DNA of 64,000 nucleotides from Syntrophales bacterium (GTDB taxonomy: Bacteria > Desulfobacterota > Syntrophia > Syntrophales > UBA2192): contig DAIMEJ010000004.1 in NCBI GenBank assembly GCA_036725345.1, positions 63,735 through 127,734 of the forward strand, given 5' to 3'. Made by a program: the position numbers and the translations under genes. Under the pieces are notes generated by a model. It saw only the letters and a program-made list of their open reading frames with translations. It made no database searches and had not been told where the DNA came from. Positions 10,100 to 18,648 of this stretch are shown here, in pieces; the first letter of the stretch is position 1; every line of letters begins with the position of its first letter.

Positions 10100-10960
10100 T
10101 CAGAAGCACAGAATCATCCGGTCCTCGATGCCCCGCTCCCTGGCGATCCGCCTGGCCCTCGATGCCAAGCACCGGGTGTAAGCCTCGCGTTCGGGGGCGT
10201 TGAAAAGAACCCTCCGGCAGCCGTCCAGCAGTTGCGGGTAATGTCTTTCGAACAGGGTTCTGACTGCCGGCCAGACGCCGTAACGCAGATTCAGGCGGTC
10301 GACATAGAAGTGCGACACGCTGATTTCCTTCATTTCTTTCATAAGTTCCGACAGGTTTTCCTCGGTATCCGAAAGGCCCGGCAACAGCGGCCCGACGAAA
10401 GCATAGGTCTCGATCCCCTTCCGGCGCGCCTCTTCAAGGACATGAAGACGATCCTTCGCCGTTGAGGCCCCGGGTTCGATGAGCTTCCGTACGCTCTCGT
10501 TCAGCGCTGTCACCGTCACGCCTATTTCGACGTCGGCCTTTCCCTCGAGGATGCGAAGATCACGAAGGACAAGGGCGTTCTTCGTCAGGATGGTGACGTG
10601 GAATCCGTGGCGGAGAAGTAATTCCAGGCACTGGCCGGTGAGGCCGTACCTTGACTCGGCGGGCTGCCAGCCGTCGCAGACGGAACTCATGAAGACGCGT
10701 CCCGTGCGTTTTCGCTTCACTTCCCTCTCGAGGACGACCCGGGCGTTCATCTTCACGTCGACAAAGCCACCCCAGTTCTCGGCGGGGTGCGAGAAACGGG
10801 TAGCGAAGCGCGCGTAGCAATATCGGCACCCATGCCCGCATCCCGCGTAACAGTTGACGGCATAGTCGGCCAAGCCCGATTTGTTCAGAAGGGAACGGCA
10901 CTCCACCTCGCGGATGCGAACGGTCTCCGGGGAAAAATCTTTCTCACTTTCGGACATCAC
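10100..10960 (-). CDS. radical SAM protein, SplB/DNA-photolyase-like family
   Basis: 286 aa. CYAGCGHGCRYCYARF contains the CxxxCxxC cluster. Overall resemblance to COG1533-type proteins. Confidence 0.7.
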   Translation of the reverse strand: MMSESEKDFSPETVRIREVECRSLLNKSGLADYAVNCYAGCGHGCRYCYARFATRFSHPAENWGGFVDVKMNARVVLEREVKRKRTGRVFMSSVCDGWQPAESRYGLTGQCLELLLRHGFHVTILTKNALVLRDLRILEGKADVEIGVTVTALNESVRKLIEPGASTAKDRLHVLEEARRKGIETYAFVGPLLPGLSDTEENLSELMKEMKEISVSHFYVDRLNLRYGVWPAVRTLFERHYPQLLDGCRRVLFNAPEREAYTRCLASRARRIARERGIEDRMILCF

Positions 10961-11055
10961 GGCTATTTTCGTCTGCCTGATTAAATGTTATGCTGATAAT
11001 AGGATAATCACGTTCCACCCTGCTGACAAGGAAGAAAAAAACCGGACGGGGTGCG

Positions 11056-11760
11056 ATGGCGGGAGAAAGAGTGGCCGGCAACGTTATTGAACTTCCTGAA
11101 TTGCGCGATCGCGTTCGCGTTTTTCGTGACCGGGCTCATGCCGGTGAGATCCTCGCCGGCATGCTCGACGGGTTCCGCTCTTCCCGGACGCTGGTCATGG
11201 CGATACCCGCCGGAGGCATCCCCGTCGCGGCTGCCCTGGCCCTGAGGCTCTCTTTTCCGCTCGACGTGGCCGTTGTCAGCAAGATCACCCTGCCCTGGAA
11301 CACTGAAGCGGGCTACGGCGCTATTGCCTTCGACGGCACGGTCCGGCTGAACCGCGATCTGCTGCCCCGGTTCGGCCTCTCGGAGAAAGAGATCGAGGCG
11401 GGGAAGACCGCCACGGCCGGGAAGGTGAAACGCCGCGTCGAGAAATTTCGAGGGAACCGGCCCTACCCGGATTTCATCAAAGAGCGGGTGATCCTCGTCG
11501 ATGACGGCCTTGCCTCGGGGTTCACGCTCCTGGTGGGTGTGGAGGCCCTGAAGAAAATCGGGACAGGAGAGATCGTCGTTGCCGTGCCGACGGGAAGCGC
11601 AGGCGCCGTCCGGCGCGTGGCCGCCGAAGTGGATCGTCTGTATTGCGCCAACATCCGGGGCGGATGGAGCTTTGCTGTTGCCGATGCCTACGAACGCTGG
11701 AGCGATGTGAGCGAGGAAGAGGCCCTCCGGATCTTTGATGCGGCTTTGAGCACAGGTTAA
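11056..11760 (+). CDS. phosphoribosyltransferase family protein
   Basis: 234 aa. PRPP-binding loop VILVDDGLASGFTL and N-terminal FRDRAHAGEILA, typical of type I PRTase-like proteins. Confidence 0.7.
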   Translation: MAGERVAGNVIELPELRDRVRVFRDRAHAGEILAGMLDGFRSSRTLVMAIPAGGIPVAAALALRLSFPLDVAVVSKITLPWNTEAGYGAIAFDGTVRLNRDLLPRFGLSEKEIEAGKTATAGKVKRRVEKFRGNRPYPDFIKERVILVDDGLASGFTLLVGVEALKKIGTGEIVVAVPTGSAGAVRRVAAEVDRLYCANIRGGWSFAVADAYERWSDVSEEEALRIFDAALSTG

Positions 11761-11998
11761 AGGGATCTGGTTTGCGGCGATGTCTGTCTCGCCGTCCAAA
11801 ATAAATCCGGGTCTACAGGCACTGCCACAAAACGCTTTTGACGGTCATGCAGGCCGCGAACAAGCCCGAAACAGCGGTCACCGACAGGATAAACGTTGCA
11901 CTCACGGGTATTTTATTGTGCCTGTTGATTTGAACGGCTTTCATCGTCATTTGTCCGGTTCGTCTCACCACTCGCCACTGCCCACTCACCACTGTCTC

Positions 11999-13012
11999 CT
12001 ACAGTCTTACGCCATCCTGGACCGTCCCGCACTTCGGGCACCTGTCGCCTTCCGTCTGATGCTTACTCACGGAGAAACCGGCACGCTCGATGAGAAGATT
12101 GCCGCAGTGATAGCAGTACGTGTGGTTATGCTTCCCGGCAACATTGCCCAGGTAGACATAGCGAAGGCCTGCTTCCCTGCCGATCTCGTAGGCACGATTC
12201 AGGATCTTCATGGGGGTGGGTTCCAGGTGGTCCATCCGGTACTGCGGGTGAAAGCGGCTGATGTGCCAGGGTATGGAGACATCGACGGAGGCGAGATAGG
12301 CCGCGATGCCCTTCAGTTCCGTTTCAGAGTCGTTCTGCCCGGGGACGACGAGGGTCGTGACCTCGATCCAGATTCCCATTTCTTTCATCGTCCGGATGTT
12401 CTCCAGGACGGGCTGGAGGCGGGCCTTGCACAACCGCTTGTAGAAGTCATCGCTGTAGGCTTTCAGGTCCACATTCGCGGCATCGAGACAGGGACGGATC
12501 ATCTCGAGCATTTCTCTGGTCATGTAGCCGTTGGTGACGAAGACATTGTAAAGACCCTCCTGCTTCGCGGCCTTCGCACAGTCGTAGGCAAACTCGAAAT
12601 AGATGGTGGGCTCCGTGTAGGTGTAGGAAATGCTCGCGGAACCCGTGGCTTTCGCCTGCCGGACGACGTCCTCGGGTTTTACCTGCCGGGCCCGCATGCC
12701 GAGACGCTCGACCTCCGCGACCTGGGAGATCTGCCAGTTCTGGCAGAAGTCACACTTGAAATTGCAACCCACGGTGGCAATGGAGTAAGAGGTGGAACCC
12801 GGAAGGAAATGGTAGAGGGGTTTCTTCTCAATGGGGTCGACATTCTGCGCGATCAGTCCGCCGTAGACATGGGTGTAAAGTGTGCCTCCCCTGTTTTCCC
12901 GGACGCTGCACACCCCGAATCTCCCGGCGCCGATCCGGCAGCGGTGACTGCAAAGGTGGCAGGAGACCCGGTTTTCTTCGAGCTTCTCGTACAGAAGGGC
13001 TTCCTTCAACAT
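11999..13012 (-). CDS. amrS: AmmeMemoRadiSam-system-type radical SAM enzyme (PflA-like activase fold)
   Basis: 337 aa. N-terminal Cys-rich region CHLCSHRCRIGAGRFGVC, DPIEKKPLYHF, and radical SAM cluster GCNFKCDFCQNW. Confidence 0.75.
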   Translation of the reverse strand: MLKEALLYEKLEENRVSCHLCSHRCRIGAGRFGVCSVRENRGGTLYTHVYGGLIAQNVDPIEKKPLYHFLPGSTSYSIATVGCNFKCDFCQNWQISQVAEVERLGMRARQVKPEDVVRQAKATGSASISYTYTEPTIYFEFAYDCAKAAKQEGLYNVFVTNGYMTREMLEMIRPCLDAANVDLKAYSDDFYKRLCKARLQPVLENIRTMKEMGIWIEVTTLVVPGQNDSETELKGIAAYLASVDVSIPWHISRFHPQYRMDHLEPTPMKILNRAYEIGREAGLRYVYLGNVAGKHNHTYCYHCGNLLIERAGFSVSKHQTEGDRCPKCGTVQDGVRL

Positions 13013-13042
13013 GGGTTTCGTCTCCCCTGCGCCGCCGAGGTC

Positions 13043-13291
13043 TTATTTATCCTTCCGGATATTCCGGATCGCAAAAAAAAAGGCAACCGTCAGAAGGACG
13101 ATGAATCCCGTTAACCTCACCGTAAGGGCGAACTGCGCGTCCTCGGTGATCCCGCTCAAACCCTTTTGCAGGGATTCGGGCGGAAGCGACGCCCACAGGT
13201 AGGCGACAAGGGCCGATGCCCCGAGAATCAAAAATACCTGCAGATATCTGTGCACGTAAACCTCCATCCATTTTGAAAAAATATACCACAA
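13043..13291 (-). CDS. small hypothetical membrane protein (two predicted TM helices)
   Basis: 82-aa ORF with two hydrophobic stretches (LQVFLILGASALVAYLW, FIVLLTVAFFFAI). No recognisable family. The start could be the internal MEVYV. Confidence 0.4.
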   Translation of the reverse strand: MWYIFSKWMEVYVHRYLQVFLILGASALVAYLWASLPPESLQKGLSGITEDAQFALTVRLTGFIVLLTVAFFFAIRNIRKDK

Positions 13292-13347
13292 AGGGAGACG
13301 TGCCAGAAGACATTTATAACGGGCTGCCTTGTCTTTTCAGAGCGTTT

Positions 13348-13815
13348 TCAGGTTGCTTCTTCGATCATGAGTTCATCCTTGATCTCGATGCAGTTCATGA
13401 CACTCTGCGCCGCAGGGCAGCGGGTGATGTAGTTCGCGAAGGATTCCCGCGCGTCGGCAACCTTGTCCCCGGGCACCTTCAGGTGATATTTCACCCGGAT
13501 CCTGGTGATCTTGAGGACGTTGTTGACGGCCTCGATGTCCCCTTCCACGTCCGCCCAGTAGCGGTCTTCCGGCGTTGCGATCTTTTTTCCGGCCATCACC
13601 GCGGCCAGTGTACCCATCATTCAGCCGGCTGTTGCGGCGACGATGTGGTCCAGCGTCGCGGCGTGTTCCTCTTCGGGTTCCACCTTGTAGAACTTCTTGA
13701 TCCCGCCATAGACACCATAACGGACGGGTTCGCCGAAACCTTCGATGACGGCCCTTCTCGTTGGGCCTTTCTCCCTCACGATCCTGATCCGTGATGTGTG
13801 GACAACTTCTCCCAT
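13348..13815 (-). CDS. OsmC/Ohr-family peroxiredoxin-like protein, candidate selenoprotein (in-frame UGA at 13623-13621)
   Basis: The track splits it into 13621..13815 and 13348..13620, which are contiguous in one frame and separated only by TGA: ...LDHIVAATAG-TGA-MMGTLAAVMAG... The TGA falls at the first conserved Cys position of OsmC proteins. The second conserved Cys is present (ITRCPAAQSV). SD GGGAGGAG precedes ATG 13815. A hairpin lies 12 nt after the UGA. Confidence 0.75.
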
Positions 13816-13909
13816 AGACTCCTCCCTTCTTCTTTTAACGTCCTTGGGTGATCTAAACGGACATCTTCACGAAACACGAACAGATGCCGCTCCCGGCGTC
13901 ATTGATAGG

Positions 13910-14803
13910 TCAGGCCAAACCCCGCTCCCGAAGTTCTGCAAGGGGTGGGATGCCGGCCCTCCCGCCCAGCCGCGTGCTCACGGCGGCCGCCGCCCAGTTG
14001 GCGAGGCTAAGCGTCTTCTTCGAGTCCCAACCCTTCAAGAGACCGTACGTGACGCCGGCATGAAAAACATCCCCGCAGCCCGTCGTATCGAGGACGGTGA
14101 CGGGATGAGCCGGCTCTCGAATGATTGCTCCCTCGCAGAGGGCGACATAACCCCGAGGTCCCAGCGTGACACCGGCGATTGAAGGGCCCAGCGCCGCAAG
14201 TTTGAGGCAGGCTTCGGCGGGGTTGTCGTCGCCGACAAGTGCCCGGGCGAAACCCTCCGAGGCAACAAAGGCGTCGGCAAGCGCCGCCAGTTCGAGCATC
14301 CCGTCGCGGAGCGTCCCGGCGTCCACAACGACACGGACACCCTCGCGGCGGGCGATCGTGGCAGCATGCAGTGCGGCTTCAATGAAGAGCCCGTCGGTTT
14401 GGAGGGTTTTCGACCGCGTCAATCTCCCGGTATCGATTTCCCTTGGACCGGGAGGTCTGCCCGTCGATCTCCGCCAGAAAACGGTCCTCCGGTTCGTGGA
14501 CGGTTCCGCGACAATGAAGGCAAACTGGGAGCTTTCACCCTTCCTGACAAGGAGCCCGCCTGCGTCCACACCTTCCTGAACCAGGGAAGAGTGGATGGAG
14601 CGCCCGAAGGCGTCATCACCGATGACGCCGGAGAAATAGCAGCGAAGACCCCAGCGTGACAGGGCCACGAGGGCCGTGGCCACGGGTCCGCCGCCCTCGA
14701 TCACCATCTCGCGATATTCGTGTTTCGTGTCAGGCAGGGGATAGGCATCGAATACCCCGACATAATCGAGAGAGCACTGGCCCAGACCGAAGACATCAAT
14801 CAT
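13910..14803 (-). CDS. PfkB-family carbohydrate kinase (ribokinase-like)
   Basis: Family-like N-terminus MIDVFGLGQCSLDY begins at ATG 14803. The track start at 14866 lies inside the repeat. C-terminal DTTGCGDVFHAG anion-hole/catalytic motif. Confidence 0.8.
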   Translation of the reverse strand: MIDVFGLGQCSLDYVGVFDAYPLPDTKHEYREMVIEGGGPVATALVALSRWGLRCYFSGVIGDDAFGRSIHSSLVQEGVDAGGLLVRKGESSQFAFIVAEPSTNRRTVFWRRSTGRPPGPREIDTGRLTRSKTLQTDGLFIEAALHAATIARREGVRVVVDAGTLRDGMLELAALADAFVASEGFARALVGDDNPAEACLKLAALGPSIAGVTLGPRGYVALCEGAIIREPAHPVTVLDTTGCGDVFHAGVTYGLLKGWDSKKTLSLANWAAAAVSTRLGGRAGIPPLAELRERGLA

Positions 14804-14818
14804 AAAAAAGTGACGAGT

Positions 14819-14914
14819 GGTTAGTGAAGAGTGGTGAGAAAGATTAATTAACTCAAAACTCAACACTCAAAATTCAAAACTGCCTTCCCGGAAGGCCTAG
14901 TCGCAGAGGCCCTC
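14819..14914. repeat. direct repeat copy 1 (96 bp)
   Basis: Matches 15024-15119 with 2 mismatches by hand alignment. Looser similarity extends ~10-17 bp further left. Confidence 0.9.
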
Positions 14915-15023
14915 ATCTTTCCAGGGCGTTCTGTCATGCCGCAGGCCGTTCTTCACAGGTGGGCCGTTCCCCCAGGCTGCCTAGAAATGCCCAGATGCAA
15001 GGCCCCCGTAACGAGTGAGTAGT

Positions 15024-15119
15024 GGTTAGTGAAGAGTGGTGAGAAAGATTAATTAATTCAAAACTCAACACTCAAAATTCAAAACTGCCTTCCCGGAAGG
15101 CCTAATCGCAGAGGCCCTC
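15024..15119. repeat. direct repeat copy 2 (96 bp), overlapping the 3' end and terminator of the TPR lipoprotein gene
   Basis: Same 96-bp unit as 14819-14914. Includes the last 5 codons plus stop (EGLCD*) of the 15102..16034 gene. Confidence 0.9.
15070..15101 (-). terminator. candidate intrinsic terminator of the TPR lipoprotein gene
   Basis: Minus strand GCCUUCCGGGAAGGC palindrome immediately after the stop codon, followed by AGUUUUGAAUUUUGAG. An identical copy lies at about 14865-14896. Confidence 0.55.
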
Positions 15120-16034
15120 CGTCATCCTCCCCTCCAACCAGTGATTGACGAAAAACTCCGTCAGTTCGATGTTGACGGAGGCCCTGTCCGCGGCCTCGCG
15201 GAGCTTTTCCACCATCTCGTCCACCTCGTCCTCCAAACCGAGAAGGGCGTAGATCTTGATGCTTTCCTGCCAGCTTTCAACCGCTTCGCGGTCCTCGTGG
15301 AGTCTTTCATAGGCCTCACCGATATATCGGAGATCATCAGCGATACCCTTGTGGAACCCCGCCTTCCGATCCGCATCGAGGGCCCTCGCGAAAAAGTCGA
15401 TCGCCTGCCGGTTGTCTCCCTTCTCACCCAGGAGGTGCCCAAGGGCTGAATTCACGACGGCGATGTCCGAAAGATTTTCGGGATTCGAGGCGGACAGAGC
15501 GTTTTTTAGAATCTCCTCCGCTTTCGCGTATTCCTTCTTCTTCGTGAGGAGGATCCCCTGATTGCTCATCAGGGGAATGAATTTTTCTCCCCCGACCCCG
15601 ACGTTGATCTTCGAAGCCTCTTCCAGGGCTTTTTCTGCGCCCGAAAGATCATTCAGATCGATAAGGGCGGCCGCCCGGTTGCATAGGGCCTGCCGTGCCC
15701 CCTCGAAATTTCCGACGCCGGAGTAAATCTTGTACGCTTCCTGGAAGAGAATGAGCGCGCTTTCGGGCTCATCGATTCCTCGATAGGCAGCCCCCATGTT
15801 ATTGAGGCTCATGGCGACACCCTCCCGCTGGTCATAGGAGGTGAAAATCTCGTGGGCCTTCAGAAAATACTCCAGCGATCTTTTATAGCAACCTTTCTGG
15901 TAATAGGGCATCCCCTTGGCGATCTGCTCCTGGCCGGCCGTCAGATGGGGAGGTCCCGTCCTGAGGACACCGCCTCCGCAGGCAACCAGTCCCGGAAAGA
16001 TCAGGAGAAAAATAACGAGAGCCTTTTTTTTCAT
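15102..16034 (-). CDS. TPR-repeat lipoprotein
   Basis: 310 aa. Signal peptide with lipobox (FPGLVACGG) and repeated A/Y/L-rich 34-residue-like units (ALxxFxxAYxIY...). Confidence 0.75.
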   Translation of the reverse strand: MKKKALVIFLLIFPGLVACGGGVLRTGPPHLTAGQEQIAKGMPYYQKGCYKRSLEYFLKAHEIFTSYDQREGVAMSLNNMGAAYRGIDEPESALILFQEAYKIYSGVGNFEGARQALCNRAAALIDLNDLSGAEKALEEASKINVGVGGEKFIPLMSNQGILLTKKKEYAKAEEILKNALSASNPENLSDIAVVNSALGHLLGEKGDNRQAIDFFARALDADRKAGFHKGIADDLRYIGEAYERLHEDREAVESWQESIKIYALLGLEDEVDEMVEKLREAADRASVNIELTEFFVNHWLEGRMTEGLCD

Positions 16035-16042
16035 CGGCCGTT

Positions 16043-16918
16043 CTACCTCCTTAACCCCGCGTCCATGTTTTTCCCCTCCAGGGCAGGCGGAATGTCCCTC
16101 CGGATGAGGGCGTTTTTCTGTGCCGCCTTCACGAGACGGTCGATCTCCTTCACGGTATCCCGCGTCTCCTGGAGGCCGCGCTTTGTGGATTTCGTAATCG
16201 CGGGGACATCCTCACTCCCCCTCTCCACGTTGGCGAGAATCTGATCGATCTGGTCCATGGCGTCGTTGATCTTCACAAGGAGCTCGTCGGATTTCAAGAG
16301 GCCGCCGACGGTGCCCTCGCCGGCCTGCACGTCGGCGACGATCGCCCGAACGTCCTTGAGTGTTTTTTCGACACTCCTCAGGGATGAAAAGAGCGGTCCC
16401 CCGGGGTCCTGCAGTTCTTCCACCATGTCCGAGAGATTCTGGATCGCACCGATGAGCATTTTGGCCGTTTTCTCCAGCTCGAATTCCTGCATGATGTCAT
16501 CCAGGGATTTCCTGTCCATGGACTTGATTACACCACGCTCGGGGATTGCCGGTTCCGTGACGGGGCCCGGGCGGATCGAGACATACTCGGAACCGATGAT
16601 TGTCGGACTTTCCACGGTGGCCAACGTGTCCTTCCGGATGCGTGAGGCGTACTCTTCTAGAATGGCGAGTTCCACGCGGACCTTGTCCTCGACGAGGGTG
16701 ATCTTTTTCACTTTGCCGATGTCCGTCTTGAAGAGCTTTACCGGCGCACCGACCTGCAGGTTGTATCCTTCCTTGAACGTCGTGTAGTAGGTCACGTAAT
16801 CCCTGAACCAGTCCTGGCCCCGTCCGATGAGAACAACGGTGACCAGTACCAGCAGGACGACCATCGTCATGAAAAGCCCGACGCTTTTTTCAACTCGACT
16901 GAATTTCAGATCCATCAT
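16043..16918 (-). CDS. mlaD: MlaD/MCE-domain protein
   Basis: 291 aa. N-terminal TM anchor followed by an MCE-like beta-barrel region (YYTTFKEGYNLQVGAPVKLFKTDIGKVKKITL). Adjacent to an MlaE-like permease. Confidence 0.75.
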   Translation of the reverse strand: MMDLKFSRVEKSVGLFMTMVVLLVLVTVVLIGRGQDWFRDYVTYYTTFKEGYNLQVGAPVKLFKTDIGKVKKITLVEDKVRVELAILEEYASRIRKDTLATVESPTIIGSEYVSIRPGPVTEPAIPERGVIKSMDRKSLDDIMQEFELEKTAKMLIGAIQNLSDMVEELQDPGGPLFSSLRSVEKTLKDVRAIVADVQAGEGTVGGLLKSDELLVKINDAMDQIDQILANVERGSEDVPAITKSTKRGLQETRDTVKEIDRLVKAAQKNALIRRDIPPALEGKNMDAGLRR

Positions 16919-16966
16919 TTTCCCCCACAGTTCAAGCCCCGTTCCGGCGGGTCGATGCGTGCCCGC

Positions 16967-17647
16967 CTACTTCAGGGCTATGATTTCCAGTTCTCCCTCA
17001 ATGATCCTCACCTTTTTGGTTGCCGCCTCCCGTATAAAGGCTTCGTCGCCGAAGGAAAAAACAGCGGTGATCTTCCTGGACAGGCATTCTTTCATCAACT
17101 GAACGGCACTCTCGTAATGAATACGCGACAGGGTATCCCTCGCCTGCTCCATGAGAAGGATCTCCGCCCCTTTGGTCAACTCGCGGATGATGATGGCCGC
17201 CCTCACCTCGTCACGAAAAACCTGTGAAGGCCTGAGGTCCAGTTTGTCTTCAATGCCTAAAACGCGGCAGAAGTCCATAATGTCGTCGGGCACCTCCAGG
17301 GATTTGCGGCCTTCCATATAGTATCTCTGCCACATGATATTTTCCCCGATCGTCCGATTCGAAAGGAGCGTCGAATCCGCCGATATGAAGCCGACCTTCC
17401 TCCTGTAGGGAAGAAGCTTCCGGTAATCTGAGAAGTCGAGGACCTGACCGCGATAGTAAAAGACGCCCTCAATGGGCTTTTCAAGGACCGCCAGGGCCCG
17501 GATAAATAGATGGACGTCATCGAAGCGGTCCCCCTCGATGTAGAGTACATCCCCCTCAAAAATGGTACAGGAGAAATTTCTCAACCCCTTTCCCCGCCCG
17601 ATGGGCGCCAGACTGTAGTTTGTCATCTCTATCAGTTTCAAAGCCAT
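16967..17647 (-). CDS. ABC ATPase-like (MlaF position) protein with degenerate catalytic motifs
   Basis: Start at ATG 17647 (MALKLIEM), 3 nt after the permease stop. Length and spacing are ABC-NBD-like, but Walker A is GDRFDDVH, the signature is VFRDEV, Walker B is ILLMEQ, and the H-loop is FGDEAF. Confidence 0.55.
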   Translation of the reverse strand: MALKLIEMTNYSLAPIGRGKGLRNFSCTIFEGDVLYIEGDRFDDVHLFIRALAVLEKPIEGVFYYRGQVLDFSDYRKLLPYRRKVGFISADSTLLSNRTIGENIMWQRYYMEGRKSLEVPDDIMDFCRVLGIEDKLDLRPSQVFRDEVRAAIIIRELTKGAEILLMEQARDTLSRIHYESAVQLMKECLSRKITAVFSFGDEAFIREAATKKVRIIEGELEIIALK

Positions 17648-17649
17648 AC

Positions 17650-18471
17650 TCACATATAAAACAGAACGGACAAAAACCCGCTGATGACCATGCAGTAGAT
17701 GAGGCACTCGACGGCACCCTTGGAGGCAGCAACGGGGACTTCCGTGATGGACCTGCCCACGGAAAGCCCGCGGAACAGAGACACCACGGCGATGGTCAGA
17801 CCTAAGAAAAACGCCTTCAACGCAGAAACAATATAGTCCTCCGGCGTGAGAGCCCTGGCCACCTGCTGCAGAAAATTCTGCATCGGGATATTCGTACCTG
17901 CCCAGACGATGACGTAACCGCCGAAAACCGCGACGGTCATGAAGATGAACACAAGGCACATCATGGCCGTAACCACCCCGATCAACCTCGGGAGGGCATG
18001 GATCCGGACGGGATCGATGCCCCCCATCTCCAGGGTCTCCATCTCGCGCAGCACGTTCATGTAACCTGTTTCGATCGTGATGGCCGTGGCGGATCTGAGG
18101 ATCACGATGAATGCCGTCACAATCGGCCCCAGTTCCCGGACCAGGATGACGACGATGATCTTGCCCAGATCGACCTGACCCGCTACGAGGTTGAACTGCA
18201 CGATTAGAGAGATCCCGAAGAGAAGGGCCACGGGGATGACGATCCAGAGAGCCTGAACAGCCGTGAAATAGATCTGCTCCAGGGTGACCCGGTAAAGAAG
18301 GGCTCTCCCTTCCTTCGGCCAGCGGAACATCTCACGGAACATTCTCCAGGCGAAGGCGCTGATATCGAGATAGTGACTGATTCCCTCAAGGGTGCGGCGT
18401 CCCACCCGGCCCATAAAATCGGACAGGACGACCAGTGGATTGCGGATCGGCATCAGGAGTTCCTGCTTCAC
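17650..18471 (-). CDS. mlaE: MlaE-family ABC transporter permease
   Basis: 273 aa, multi-TM. QIYFTAVQALWIVIPVALLFG...ELGP...A(I/M)...EM(E/D) patterns typical of MlaE/Ttg2B. Confidence 0.85.
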   Translation of the reverse strand: MKQELLMPIRNPLVVLSDFMGRVGRRTLEGISHYLDISAFAWRMFREMFRWPKEGRALLYRVTLEQIYFTAVQALWIVIPVALLFGISLIVQFNLVAGQVDLGKIIVVILVRELGPIVTAFIVILRSATAITIETGYMNVLREMETLEMGGIDPVRIHALPRLIGVVTAMMCLVFIFMTVAVFGGYVIVWAGTNIPMQNFLQQVARALTPEDYIVSALKAFFLGLTIAVVSLFRGLSVGRSITEVPVAASKGAVECLIYCMVISGFLSVLFYM

Positions 18472-18578
18472 TCTATTTTCCCTGCCGGGTCGTCTACCCT
18501 GTTGGCAGAATGCACTATTATTAGCCCAAGGCTGCGACTTTCGTCAATTTTTTTCCCGGAAAAGAGGGCGATCCATGC

Positions 18579-18611
18579 AAAAAAAAGGGGCGAAAAGGGG
18601 TGTTTCACCCC
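18579..18611 (-). terminator. intrinsic terminator after leuB
   Basis: Minus strand GGGGUG-aaa-CACCCC followed by UUUUCGCCCCUUUUUUUU, about 40 nt after the leuB stop. Confidence 0.7.
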
Positions 18612-18648
18612 TCTTGCCCTTGAGGCGTGCCCTTCAGCCCGCGGCGGA

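Noticed and set aside
14899-14985. Small minus-strand ORF ending in EGLCD* within repeat copy 1.
   Set aside because: Only 27 sense codons before an upstream stop, no ATG (only a GTG, giving 19 aa) and no SD. More likely a duplicated gene-end fragment than a gene.
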